Source: the human T2T-CHM13v2.0 reference genome, Homo sapiens. From it: a DNA stretch of 64,000 nt. The stretch lies in the NCBI RefSeq assembly GCF_009914755.1, contig NC_060925.1. One strand, 5' to 3'. Positions 43,972 through 62,520 of this stretch are shown piece by piece (position 1 is the stretch's first letter; each line of letters begins with the position of its first letter). Made by a program: the position numbers and the translations under genes. Under the pieces are notes generated by a model. That model had not been told where the DNA came from. It worked only from the letters and a program-made list of their open reading frames with translations, and ran no database searches.

Positions 43972-45441
43972 TAGTAGAGATGGGGTTTCACCGTGTTAGC
44001 CAGGATGGTCTCGATTTCCTGACCTCGTGATCCGCCCGCATTGGCCTCCCAAAGTGCTGGGATTACAGGCGTGAGCCACTGCGCCCGGCAAGCCCAGGAG
44101 TTTGAGGCTGCTACAGTAAGCTATGATGGTGCCACTATACTCCAGCCTGGGTAACAGAGCGAGATCCCAACTCAAAAAAATAAAATAAATTAAAAATTCT
44201 GGACCTTTTTTTCCATCTGTAAGGAAGAGATTGAATTAGATGTTCTTCTGTTTTTGTTTGTTTTTGTTGTTCTTTGAGACAGGGTCTCACTCTGTTGCCC
44301 AGGCTGGAGTGCAGTGGCATGATATGATCTCAGCCAACTGCAGCCTTGACCTCCTGGGCTCAAGTGATCCTCCTGCCTCAGCCTCCTGAGTAGCTGGAAC
44401 TATAGGCATGCCCCACCATGCCTGGCTGTTTTTTTTGTTTTTTCTGTAAAGATGAGGTCTTACTGTGTTGCCTAGGCTGAATTTAGATGTTCTAAATTTC
44501 TTTTCATACCAGGATTGTGTAGTTTTTGTGAAAATCACATTTCTTTTGGTTTCTGGATTTCTAAATTGCAGATGATGGCAATCTAATGAAACTGAAAAAT
44601 CAATTTAGCAATATACAAAAAAAAAGTCATTTTCCATAGCAGAAGTATATCCCAGGTCTGTCTCTAGTAGAGGAAACAGATCACAGTGTCCTTGAATGAC
44701 AGAGCAGGTGGGGTCTAAGCTTGGAACAATGCCCTCATTTTACATTTGTGTTCTAGGTCTTCCACAGTGTAGCTTCAAGTTACCTAATGTTTTGTTTTAC
44801 CATTTTTCAAATTCTTCTCCTCTGTTGGTGGATTTATCCCATCCTTTTTTTCCACTTTCTGTTTTTCTTTATCACTTTCTTTCCCCTAGGAATACCCTGT
44901 CCATTCTGCCCCTACATTTATCTCCTCCTGTGTAAATCCTGAGACTCTGCCTAAATGTGCTCTCTCAATGAGTTCTTCTGATTCTCTCCCAGAAATGGCC
45001 ACTCTTTCCATAACTACCTCAGATGTCACTTCATTGATGCGTCTTTTATGGTGCTTTTCTTCAATTTTATTTTTTGGCATTTCTCACAGTGTTATTACTG
45101 TCACAAGGCTTTATGCTAACGAGTAGCTCTCACTCATGTTTGTGTCCCCTGCAGTACCTGTCACAGTAGCTTGTATGGAGTGAGGCTCAATAAATGATTC
45201 TGAAGTTAATTTCACAGATAAAGAAATAGAGGTCTAGAGAAAGGAAGTGACTTGGCCAAAGTCACACAGATAGTTAGTGACTCCATTTGGATTAGAAGGC
45301 TTTGCTGTAATACTTTGATGTTCTAAAGAATAAATGCTTAGGATAGGGAAAATCTGTTCCTGTCCCAATAAACGAAGATTTGTGCCAATCAAAACATGCA
45401 CAAGACAGCATAGAGAATGTTACTGGCATCATATGCACTAA

Positions 45442-45852
<411 letters not shown>

Positions 45853-46744
45853 TAGCTGGGATTACAGGCGTGCACCACGACGCCCAGCTAATTTTTGTAT
45901 TTTTAGTAGAGACGGGGTTTCACCATGTTGGTCAGGCTGGTCTCGAACTCCTGGCCTCATGAGCCATGGCATACGGCAGACAATTTGTGTTTTCTAACTT
46001 TAGGATAAATATGTGAAAAATAGATATTATTTAGTTCTGGTTTTTCATCCTGTTAGAGAAAGAGAATAGATAAAAGAGTGTGTTTGTTATAGAAAAAATA
46101 GGAAATATAGATAAGCAGTGAGGCTAAAATTTTCTTTTTTTTGAGAGATTTTCCTTCTTGTTGCCCAGGGTGGAGTGCAGTGGTATGATCTCGGCTCACC
46201 GCAACCTCTGCCTCCTGGGTTCGTGCCATTCTCCTACCTCAGCCTCCCGAGTATCTTAGACTACGGGCGCTCGCCACCATGCCTGGCTAATTTTTTTTTT
46301 TTTTGTATTTTTAGTAGAGATGGGTTTCACTGTGTTAGCCAGGATGGTCTCGATCTCCTGACCTCATGATCTGCCCACCTTGGTGTCCCAAAATTCTGGG
46401 ATTACAGACGTGAGCCCCCGCGCCTGGCCTACACTCATTTTTATTTTTATTATTTTTTTTGAGACGGAGTCATTCTGTTGCCGAGGCTAGAGTGCAGTAG
46501 CACGATCTTGGCTCACTGCAACCTCTGCCTCCTGCCTCAGCCTCCTGAGTAGCTGGGATTACAGGCGCATGCCACCATGCCTGGTTGATTTTGTATTTTT
46601 AGTATAGATGTGGTTTCACCATGTTGGCCAGGGTGGTCTCAAACTCCTGAACTCAGGTGATCCACTGCCTTGGCCTCCCAAAGTGCTGGGATTACAGGAG
46701 GGAGCCACCATGCCTGGCTCCCTCCCCCACAACACACATTTTTA

Positions 46745-47620
<876 letters not shown>

Positions 47621-47980
47621 TAGCCAGGTTGGTCTCGATCTCCTGACCTCGTGATCCGCCTGCCTCTGCCTCCCAAAGTGCTGGGATTACAGGCATGAGC
47701 CACCGCACCCGGCCAAGGGAGTTGATTTTTTAAAAATACAGTTAGGAAGGTGGTTTTCCTCATTTATTTCTACCTTATTTTTAAAGTTGGAAAATCCTAC
47801 TCAAGTCTTCATTCCTGCATGGCAGTCATCAGTTACAGCATTAAATGAAAATTTAATGCTGGTACACAAATGAGCTCTCAATAAGAAAAGCTCACTAGTA
47901 ATACTTCCAAATACATGGAATCTTTGTTTAGAATGGAATGTTACATTTGTTCAAAATTATTTTTCTTTATTCTCTAAAAG

Positions 47981-48045
47981 TTACAGAAGAATTGTCTTCT
48001 CTCCTTAACCAATTCCAGGATTCTTGTGGATGTTCCATTTGACAG
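47981..48045 (+). CDS. ZYG11A: ZYG11A exon 6 (GC donor)
   Basis: tctctaaaag|TTACAG...GACAG|gcaagt; 65 nt; LQKNCLLSLTNSRILVDVPFD(R). Confidence 0.9.
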
Positions 48046-49002
48046 GCAAGTATAAGACTTGGTCATTTGACTGGGGTGTTGGCCTTTGGTTATTAAATGC
48101 AGAGGCCTGATTAAGGCTGGGATAAGGTGTTTGGAGAGAAGGTTCTGTTGAGCATCTTCCACAGAGAAGTGATTAGAAGTACCCTACTAGAAAATGTTGT
48201 CTCCTAAAGTGATTCTAGTATAGGATAGTGGGTAAGAACAGGCTCCGAGACCCAAACATACTTGGACTCAAGATCTAGCCCTTCCATTATCTTTGCTTAT
48301 TATAAGTTTCCTCATTTGTAAAATAGTGACTCTTACCAGCATTAGATAAGATAGTGTCTGTAAAGTACTTAATTCCTAGTTTAAGTACAGGCTATTATAA
48401 AGAATATTAGTAATTTATTCATTTTGTTATGTAATTATTATTTTATTAGTAATTTACTTTTTAATTATTTAGAAAATCATCATCATCCTAGCCATTCCAG
48501 AAGGATTTGAGGCCTTTGCAGTCTCTCAGATTCACAAGTTTTAAAACATTTATAATAGTTGACATAAAAGAGCAGAGAAATGAGGCACAAGCTAACAAGA
48601 GCAAAGCCCCTGATTTGTGAATACAAGGTTTAGGCTCAGTCACTTTGTAACTGAGTGATGTTTGCTGCAGCATTTTAGCATTGTCTACTACTCAGATTAC
48701 AAATTGCTACCACTCTGGAAACTCCCTTTCTTTTTCAGACCTATCATAGTAGAAACTGAATGATAAATACATTTTTTCTTAGATTTGCTCATCTTTATGT
48801 AAATTCTGTGTATTTTGCTTACGTTCTTATTTGCATACTCTCCTATCCCCTGCCTGGTCTTCTCTCTGCCAAATGCTCTTGGTTTTCATAGCTGAGGATT
48901 TAAAAGTCCAAGACTGTTTTCGTTATAGGATTACTTGGGGAATGCCAAATGATTTCTTCTGTGTAGTTTCACAAACTTTATATATAATTGTGAGAAAAAT
49001 AA

Positions 49003-49152
<150 letters not shown>

Positions 49153-49204
49153 TAGTTTTTATACAGGTTCCATAGTTCACTTGAGCCTTTCTGTTTGCTT
49201 ATAG

Positions 49205-49255
49205 CTCTCACCTGAGCAAACGGCACAGCTTGAAGAGCTTTTCATGGCAGTTAAG
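49205..49255 (+). CDS. ZYG11A: ZYG11A exon 8
   Basis: gcttatag|CTCTCA...GTTAAG|gtaggt; 51 nt; follows an 88-nt intron. Confidence 0.92.
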
Positions 49256-49397
49256 GTAGGTTCCTTGTCATGTTCATAACCTTTTTTTAAAAAAAGTCAA
49301 ATTTATGATTATAGCTTAAAAAAAAAATCAAATCATTCCAAAAGGCCTATTAAGGTGAGAAATCTGTAAGACTTTCTCCCCAGAAGAAACTTTCTAA

Positions 49398-49648
<251 letters not shown>

Positions 49649-50120
49649 TAGCCAGGCTGGTCTCGAACTCCTGACCTCGTGATCTGCGTGCCTCGGCATC
49701 CCAAAGTGCAGGGATTACAGGCGTGAGCCACCATGCCTGGCCATACCTCCACATTTCTAAATAAAATGCATATACTGTAGTTTCTTGATTGAGCAGTTTT
49801 AGGTGTTACTGATTTTGCTGCTACAGTAGATAAGAACTTAGCTCTCCTACGTATCTTTCTACAAATTACTTCCTCCTCTGGTCCCCAACAAATTTATATC
49901 ATGATTTTAAATAAATCATTAATCAGTATTTATGTTATGATTGTGTTAACATCGTTCACTAAAAAATTTATATCACTGGGCCGGGTGCTGTGGCTCACGC
50001 CTGTAATCCCAGTACTTTGGGAGGCTGAGGCGGGTGGATCACGAGGTCAGGAGATTGAGACCATCTTGGACAACGTGGTGAAACCCCGTCTCTACTAAAA
50101 ATACAAAAATATGAAAATTA

Positions 50121-50306
<186 letters not shown>

Positions 50307-50336
50307 TTATTTTTTTATTTTCATTTTATTATATGA

Positions 50337-50492
<156 letters not shown>

Positions 50493-50698
50493 TAGTAGAG
50501 ACAGAGTTTCACTATGTTGGTCAGGCTGGTCTCCTGACCTTGTGATCCACCTGCCTTGGCCTCCCAAAGTGCTGGGATTACAGGAGTGAGCCACCACACC
50601 CAGCTGAGTCATTTATATTTTTTGTAAACTGTCTATTCATAGCCTTTATAAGTTTTCTTTTGGGTTACTGACTTTTTTCTACTTTATAGGATTTTTTT

Positions 50699-52446
50699 TT
50701 TTTTTTTTTTTTAGCTTTAGTGATGTTCTTTTTTTTTTTCTTTATTGATCATTCTTGGGTGTTTCTCGCAGAGGGGGATTTGGCAGGGTCATAGGACAAT
50801 AGTGGAGGGAAGGTCAGCAGATAAACAAGTGAACAAAGGTCTCTGGTTTTCCTAGGCAGAGGACCCTGCGGCCTTCCGCAGTGTTTGTGTCCCTGGGTAC
50901 TTGAGATTAGGGAGTGGTGATGACTCTTAACGAGCCTGCTGCCTTCAAGCTTCTGTTTAGCAAAGCACATCTTGCACCGCCCTTAATCCATTTAACCCTG
51001 AGTGGACACAGCACATGTTTCAGAGAGCACAGGGTTGGGGGTAAGGTCATAGATCAACAGGATCCCAAGGCAGAAGGATTTTTCTTAGTGCAGAACAAAA
51101 TGAAAAGTCTCCCATGTCTACCTCTTTCTACACAGACACAGCAACCATCCGATTTCTCAATCTTTTCCCCACCTTTCCTCCTTTTCTATTCCACAAAACC
51201 GCCATTGTCATCATGGCCCGTTCTCAATGAGCTGTTGGGTACACCTCCCAGACGGGGTGGTGGCTGGGCAGAGGGGCTCCTCACTTCCCAGTAGGGGCGG
51301 CCGGGCAGAGGCGCCCCTCACCTCCCGGACGGGACGGCTGACCCCCCCACACCTCCCTCCCGGACGGGGCGGCTGGCCGGGCAGGGGGCTGACCCCCCCC
51401 ACACCTCCCTCCCAGACGGGGTGGCTGGCCGGGCCGGGGGCTGACCCCCCAACACCTCCCTCCCGGACGGGGCTGCTGGCTGGGTGGGGGGCTGACCCCC
51501 CCACCTCCCTCCTGGACGGGGCGGCTGGCCGGGCGGGGGGCTGATCCCCCCCACCCCCCTCCCGGGCGGGGCGGCTGCCGGGTGGAGGGGCTCCTCACTT
51601 CTCAGACGGGGCGGCCAGGCAGAGACGCTCCTCACCTCCCAGACGGGGTCGCGGCCGGGCAGAGGCGCTCCTCACATCCCAGACGGGGCGTCGGGGCAGA
51701 GGCTCTCCCCACATCTCAGACGATGGGCAGCCGGGCAGAGACGCTCTTCACTTCCTAGATGGGATGGCGGCCGGGCAGAGACGCTCCTCACTTTCCAGAC
51801 TGGGCAGCCAGGCAGAGGGGCTCCTCACATCCCAGACAATGGGCGGCCAGGCAGAGACGCTTCTCACTTCCTAGACAGGATGGTGGCCGGGCAGAGACGC
51901 TCCTCACTTTCCAGACTGGGCAGCCAGGCAGAGGGGCTCCTCACATCCCAGACGATGGGCGGCCAGGCAGAGACGCCCCTCACTTCCCAGACAGGGCGGC
52001 GGCCGGGCAGAGGCTGCAATCTCGGCACTTTGGGAGGCCAAGGCACGCGGCTGGGAGGTGGAGGTTGTAGTGAGCCGAGATCACGCCACTGCACCCCAGC
52101 GTGGGCACCATTGAGCGCTGAGTGAACGAGACTCCATCTGCAATCCCGGCACCTTGGGAGGCCGAGGCTGGCGGATCACTCGCGGTTAGGAGCTGGAGAC
52201 CAGCCCGGCCAACACAGTGAAACCCCGTCTCCACCAAAAAAATACGAAAAACAGTCAGGCGTGGCGGCGCGCGCCTGCAGTCGCAGGCACTCGGCAGGCT
52301 GAGGCAGGAGAGTCAGGCAGGGAGGCTGCAGTGAGCTGAGATGGCAGCAGTACAGTCCAGCTTTGGCTCGGCATCAGAGGGAGACAGTAGAAAGAGAGGG
52401 AGAGGGAGACCGTGGGGAGGGGGAGGGGGAGAGGGAGAGGGAGAGG
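50699..52446 (-). mobile_element. SVA retrotransposon with all modules, antisense in ZYG11A intron 8
   Basis: On the element strand: short (CCCTCT)n at ~52414-52446, Alu-like region at ~52020-52370, GC-rich VNTR at ~51240-52010, SINE-R at ~50747-51240, AATAAA at 50741-50746, then A-tail. TSD ggattttttt at 50689-50698 and 52447-52456. Confidence 0.96.
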
Positions 52447-53829
52447 GGATTTTTTTATACATTAAGGAAACAAGCCTTTGACTATGATATTGGGTGCATG
52501 TATTTTCTCCCATTTTACTGTTTATCTATTTTTAATTCATTTATGGCATGGTTTATGATGCAATAATTTTTTATTTTCACGTAGTTGAATTCATTCTGTT
52601 TTATTATGCATCTGGGATCGATGGCACACCTGCAAAGTATTTCCCTCCATCATGAAGTATTTTTAAAAAATTCTTTGTTTTGTTTTGTTTAAGAGACTTG
52701 ATCTCATCCTGTGCTGAAGCTGGTGCGTAGTGGCAAGTGGCATGATCATGGTTCATTGCAGCTTCATCTTCCTGGGCTCAAGCGACCCTCTTGAGTAGCT
52801 ATGTTTGTAGCCACCACATTCAGCCTCCTCACGTTTTTAATCCTGTGATTTCTGTTCTTTTTTTTCTTTGGAATTTTTTTGAGATGTTGGGTCGTTCAAG
52901 TTTTCTTCTCTGTGTGTTTCTACTTGTCTTTGCACTGTTTATGCTACCTTTATCATATTAAATTCCCGTGTATATATCTATTTTTGGACTTTATTCTGTT
53001 CCATTAATTTGCATGTCTGTCTACTCACTAACTTTTATCTTTTTTTTTTTTTTGAGACAGAGTCCCACTCTGTCACCAGGCTGGAAGTGCACTGGCGCCA
53101 TCTCGGCTCACTGCAACCTCTGTCTCCCGGGTTCAAGCGTTTCTCCTGCCTCAGTCTCCTGAGTAGCTAACCACACCAGGATAATTTTTGTATTTTTAGT
53201 AGAGACGGGGTTTTACCATTTTGTTCAGCCTGGTCACTAACTTTATCAATACTTAAATATTTAAGATCTGTCCTCGGATTTCTTTTAGTTATCCTTATCT
53301 ATTTGTTGTTTCTGTGCAGACACCAGAATTGGCTTGCCTGTTTCTGAGGAAAAAAACCCATTTTCTTTGGGATTGTATTATAGATTGATGTAGGAAAATT
53401 GACGTCCTGTAATTTCCCCTATCTTGGAACAAGAGTATGTTTATTCAAGTCTTTCATGTCCTCCAGAAGTATGTTCAAGTGTTTGTCATTTGCATTGCTG
53501 TTACGGGTGGAATCTTATGCTTATGAGTATTTAATATCAAGTATTAGGTTTATTTTGTCTTGTTAACTTGTATGTCTGTTTACAATAGAGATGAAATCAA
53601 GAATAAAAATCAAGAGTGATTTTGGATGTGTTCATTACTGAGATGCTTGAGATGTCAAGAAGGCAGTTTGAATTTTTTTTTGAGACAGAGTCTGCAATGG
53701 CTCAATCTCGGCTCACTGCAACCTCCACCTCCTGAGTTCAAGCCATTCTCCTGCCTCAGCCTCCCAAGTAACTGGGATTACAGGTGTATGCTACCATGCC
53801 CAGCTAATTTTTTTGTATCTTTAGTATAG

Positions 53830-56541
<2,712 letters not shown>

Positions 56542-56559
56542 TTTATTGGAAAAAAAATA

Positions 56560-56880
56560 GGATGAACCAGAAAAGGAGACTGAGAAGGAGCATCCAAAGT
56601 GCATTAGAAGGAAGCTGAGAGTGGGTGTTTTAGAATCCAAGAGGAATGTTTCAGGAAAAATTGGGCCGTCATATCAAATACTACTGAGTGGTTGAGTGAC
56701 GTGAGGACAGAGTTGACCATTGGATTTGGCAAGAGGAAGTCATTAGTCACCTTGATTATGTTATTTCAGTGGGGTGGCAGGCCAAAACCTGATTGGAATA
56801 GGATGGAATAGCAAATGGGAGGTGAGAAATGGATGTAACTTTTTGATATAATTTAATGAGAAGGAAAGCAGAGGTGGGGT
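56560..56880 (-). mobile_element. L2 fragment
   Basis: tgaccattggatttggc...gtcattagtcaccttg...tttcagtggggtgg, typical of the L2 reverse strand. Confidence 0.6.
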
Positions 56881-56980
56881 CAGTCTTTAAAAAGATCGAC
56901 TACATTAAGACATATTTTGTGCCCACGAGAAGAGTTCTAAAGAGGGAGAAGTTGACACCACAAGCAAAATAAAAGGAAAT

Positions 56981-57653
56981 AATTTTGGTGCTGAATCTCA
57001 GTATGTGCAGAAATTGAGTTTAGAGTAGAATAAAGATGTTTGCTTTAGATTGGAGCAGAAGGGAAGGCAGAGTATGTTGATGCAAATGCAAGTAGGTTGG
57101 TAGCTTTTGTTAGGAAGAGTGGGTGTATTTCTCAATGAAAAAGAAGATGAAATCAAATGAGGGGAGTGAGAAGATGGTGATTCAAGTTTGAAGATTCAAG
57201 TTTGAGGTGATTCAATTTTGGTGCTGAATCTCTGTATGTGCAGAAATTGAGTTTAGAGTAGAATAAAGATGTTTGCTTTAGTTTGGAGCAGAAGGGAAGG
57301 CAGAGTATGTTGATGCAAATGCAAGTAGGTTGGTAGCTTTTGTTAGGAAGAGTGGGTGTATTTCTCAATGAAAAAGATGAAATCAAATGAGGGGAGTGAC
57401 AAGATGGTGATTCAAGTTTGAAGATTCAAGTTTGAGGTGATTCAGTTTTGGTGCTGAATCTCTGTATGTGCAGAAATTGAGTTTAGAGTAGAATAAAGTT
57501 GTTTGCTTTAGATTGGAGCAGAAGGGAAGGCAGAGTATGTTGATGCAAATGCAAGTAGATTGGTAGCTTTTGTTAGGAAGAGTGGGTGTATTTCTCAATG
57601 AAAAAGATGAAATCAAATGAGGGGAGTGAGAAGATGGTGATTCAAGTTTGAGG
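56981..57653. repeat. Tandem repeat, ~230-bp unit, ~2.9 copies
   Basis: Units start at 56981, 57214 and 57444; near-identical minus-strand ORFs sit 230 bp apart. Confidence 0.96.
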
Positions 57654-59197
57654 AGAGAGAATTAGGAAATAGTAGTCTTTGGAGCAAATTCTTTGGGAAA
57701 TAAAGTAGTATTGACAAATACGGTTAAGTGTCCTTTTGAAATTTATGAGCAGGTATTGAAATTGAGACCAGGTGAGCTCAGTCTTCTTCAACATTAATAT
57801 GTTGAATGTTGGGAGGTATGAAGTAGACTGATAGTTACGTTTAACTCAGGTAGGAGTTTTGCCATATAATATAATGCAGGAACATATCCCAGGAACATAA
57901 AGTTGCTGGGAGGGGTAACAGGACTAGTTGAGATACAGATAAAGAGAGCAGGCCAGGCACTCTTACGACAACAGATAAGTCTCCTCTGTGTCTTAGATTT
58001 TTCATCTGAAAAATGGGCCTCAGTTGAAAAAATGGTATCTGTCATAGTAGTAATAGTGCACAGTTATTTTGAGTATCATTAAGCTAAATCGTATGACCAA
58101 GGGCCTGGCCACTGTGATACGCTCAGGGACAGGCTCACTTCCCCTGCTCCTGGCCTTGCTCTCATTCATCTAACTAGCTGCTTAGGTGAGTGCACCCGTC
58201 TCATCTAACACTCTTCTCTTGACTCTCACAGATTTATTTTTGTGATGAAGTCTCTTGACACATTCTCTCCTGATTGGGCAAAATATTTGAGGTGGTCTCA
58301 TTCTTCTTGAAAATATACATTCTGATTTGTTTGGTGCTTTGTTATATTTTATGTATCTTTTCATCAGCTGGTTAAAGTGAAAATCGTTTTGTCTTTTTCC
58401 TCTCACATGACAGTCTGATATTGAAAGAGACCATAAATACTAGCTTGACTTCTTTCTAGAAATGTTGATCTCAAATGGTACTTTGCAGTCTGTTTAAGTG
58501 AACCAGTGGCCTCTTCAAGATGTGAGGTCATGTGATGGAATGCTGGCCTGGTGTTCTAGCCCCACTGACCTGCTCAGTGGCTTAGAGCAGCAGACTTTTT
58601 TCCTGCCCCAAACTTTGCCTGGCATGTGCTTCCTCCCCCTCTCCCCCCAGCCCCGTTCCTGCATGTCCCCATTTCTTACTGGGCTGGCTTATCCTCTTTT
58701 TCTTCTGGTCTCAGTTACATATTATCTTTGTATGGAGGCTTCCCTCTCCTACCCTTCCTAAAGCCTCAATTTTAGGCTTTTATGTGTTTTCATCAGATAA
58801 CCAAAATTTAAAATTCTTTTATTTAATTGAGAAAAGCCAACTTTTGTTCTGTCTGCCTTCTACCCTTTTTTCTTTCTTTTGTACTTGGCTTAGAGAAGGT
58901 GTTGACTAAGTGTTCTAAATAAAAATAATGGAATAGCTAATAATGTACTTGATGACCATATACCAAGAACTGGACTAAGTGCTCACTAAACTTAAATTTT
59001 TTTTCATTTAATCCTCACAAAAACTGTAAGAAGTAGTTGTAATTTATTTTATAGAAAGAAAATAGATCACACAGCTACTAAGTGGCAGAACTTGGGTTTA
59101 GAACCGAGGTTTGATGCGTCTTAACATTGCTTTCCTTATACCGCAATTGATTATTCATTAGAGCATCTAACTCCCTCCCTGTCTCTTTGGTTTTTAG

Positions 59198-59374
<177 letters not shown>

Positions 59375-59440
59375 TGAGTTTATATGTAAAGTTCTTCTCT
59401 TCATGATAAAGTAACCTGTATGTATATATTTTTTTGACAG

Positions 59441-59485
59441 ACCTTTTCAGAGTCAGCAATACAAAGCAAAGTACTTGGTCTTTTG
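59441..59485 (+). CDS. ZYG11A: ZYG11A exon 10
   Basis: ttttgacag|ACCTTT...CTTTTG|gtaagg; 45 nt; TFSESAIQSKVLGLL; follows an 81-nt intron. Confidence 0.92.
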
Positions 59486-59635
59486 GTAAGGTGAATTGTT
59501 TTGAATTAATTTTAATTGCTTAAAAGCAAAACCTAACACTTATATAGTACCTACTATATGCTAGGCAGTATTGTAAGCAATTTACATGTATAAACTCATT
59601 TAATCTTTACATTAGCCCTACAGAGTAAATACTAT

Positions 59636-60101
59636 TGTATATCAGTTATCTATTGTTGTGAACAAACTATAGCTTAGTGGCTTAAAACAGTAGCCATTTA
59701 ATTTACTTATGAATCTGTGGGTCGGTAGTTTGAGCTCAGCTCAGCTGTAAAGTTCTTCTGGTCTGTCTGGTCTCATGTGGGGTCACTTATGTAGCTGCAG
59801 TCATCTGGTGGCTTGACTGGGGCTGGAGGGTCTAAGATGGCCTGACTCTTATGTCTGACAGTTGGTGCTGCTTACCAGCTGGCGGGCTTTGTGTCCACAG
59901 GCTTCTCCACATGGCAATCTCTAGAGGGCAGGCCCCACTGTCCAAGCGCTTTTTAAACCTCTGCTTATATCACCTTGCTAATGTTTCATAGGACAACACA
60001 GGTTATATATTTAAGCCCAGATTAAAGGCAGTAAAGTCACATTGCTACGGGGTGTATATACAGGGATAGGAGAAGTTGTGTTATTTTTGTATTCTACCAT
60101 A
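59636..60101 (-). mobile_element. MLT1 (MaLR) solo LTR
   Basis: cagttatctattg...cttagtggcttaaaaca...gctggagggtctaagatggc...ctaccata. Confidence 0.7.
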
Positions 60102-60156
60102 CACTGTTATCCACGTTTCATAGAGAATCTGAGTCCCAGAAATGCCGTTTATCCTA

Positions 60157-60507
<351 letters not shown>

Positions 60508-61234
60508 TCAGTCTGGCTCCAGACCCTCTGATATTAATCACTTTACTATACTACTTCTTTATCCAGGAAGTCTATTTTTTAGCAATTTCTTTGTTGATAC
60601 TTATGTACTGACTCTCAATCAAGGTATTCTACAATTGAGAAATTTCTTCATTTCCTAAAGCTAAAGGTGAAGATTTTTCAATAAGTAATAAAGACATATA
60701 GTAAGCACCTGCACTTTGCCATGCCATATGCATTGGAAAAATATGGATGCATGAAATATGTCAAGGTGATGGTGCTCATAACTTTGGGAAGGCAGTGTTA
60801 GACGTGTACAAATAGGTATCTGATTTACAACTGACAAGTGAGTGCTGCAAGAGAGGCACTGAGTCCATTGGGACCCTTGGTTCTAGGTCCTGAACTCGTT
60901 GAAAACATGGAGGGACTGTGCCTTATCTTCGTGTATCTCACACATACAGGACTCACAACAAAGTAGATGTGAAAGGCTTCACAGAGAGGAGTAAATGATT
61001 AATACTGGAAATCTGGAAGGTACGGAAAAGTATAAAGAAGGGACAAAGTCATTTTTGGCTAGGGAAGATTATTTATAATGTAATCAATAAGTGTAATCAT
61101 TGAGGAACACTGTAAAATGGAATGGTTAGAATTTGGGGAAAAGGTGGGAAGGTGAAAAGGAATGGGAAATAATGCCAGAAAGTTGGATTGATGCCTCATA
61201 TATCCTGTACAATTCTACATATCCTACCAGCTGA

Positions 61235-61513
<279 letters not shown>

Positions 61514-61938
61514 TGATCCACCTGCCTCAGCCTCCCAAAGTGCTGGGATTATAGGCATGAGCTACCGCACCCAGCCCACTTTTTTTTTTTTTTTTTTTTT
61601 TTGAGAGATCCAGAATGTGAGGATTTACAAGAAAAATCTTGGGACTCACCTGTGGTGCCCCTCTCAGTTGTGCTAAGAATGTCTTGTTAGGGGGTAACAT
61701 ATGATAGACTTAACACTGAAATCATGCGTAGATGAGAGATATAGCTGGTCTTGGGAAAAACAGGCGTGGGGGGGACATCTCAATTTCTGCTTCAATCTTT
61801 AGTGTCCTATGTGCCTCAATATACTAGTGTCTAGAGTGTGCTTTCCTGAATGGTTCATCAGAAGCAGCAGTTAATGCTAACACAAACTGCTGTGTTTACT
61901 TTGACTGTTTCACCTCATTAAACCTTTGGTTTTTCATT

Positions 61939-62520
61939 TTTGTAGACAGACTCTCCCAGTGATTCCAGCCTCCTGGCACTGACATCCCCTACCCTTGAGT
62001 GTGGACAGGACCTGTTTCTTGATTCTAGCCAAGGGAATATGGCAAAGATGATAAAATATCACTCCCATGATTATGTTACTATATACTTATATATATGTAT
62101 CTGTCTTGCTAGCAGGCCCACTGTAGGGACTCTTTCTCTCTGGCCCTGAAGGAGCAAACAGTCATGAAGTAAGTGGTTGGAGGAGGGAGAAGCCCACCTT
62201 TTAAGGAACTTGGGGCAGCTTCTAGGAGCCGAACGTGGCCTCCAGCAAGAAACTGAATCACTCAGTCCTGCAGCCACCAGAAATGAATTCTGCCAGCAGT
62301 CTGAGTGAGGTTGGCAGTAAATTCTCCCCCGGTGGAGCCTCCAGGTGAAAATGCAGCCCAGCCAACACTTTGATTGCAGCCCTGTGAGATCTCAGAGAAG
62401 AGGGTCTAGCTAAGTCATGCTGAGACTCCTGCCCCACAGAAACCAGGGAATCATAAATGCATGTTGTTTTACGCCACTAAGTTTGTGGTAATTTGTTACA
62501 CAGCATAGAAAACTAGTGTA
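61939..62520 (+). mobile_element. MLT1E/F-like (MaLR) solo LTR
   Basis: cccttgagtgtgg...aatgaattctgcca...gttgttttacgccactaagtttgtggtaatttgttacacagcatagaaaacta. Confidence 0.78.

Noticed and set aside
48051-48056. GT donor (gtataa) just downstream of the GC donor
   Set aside because: It is a poor consensus, changes exon 6 length out of phase with exon 7 and breaks homology.
50749-52566. Pro/Gly/Arg-rich ORFs and CpG-island-like composition
   Set aside because: SVA SINE-R, VNTR and Alu-like sequence; not a host gene or promoter.
56981-57653. Duplicated 77-aa ORFs or a CRISPR-like array
   Set aside because: Contiguous tandem repeat with no unique spacers in a human intron; the ORFs simply follow the repeat period.
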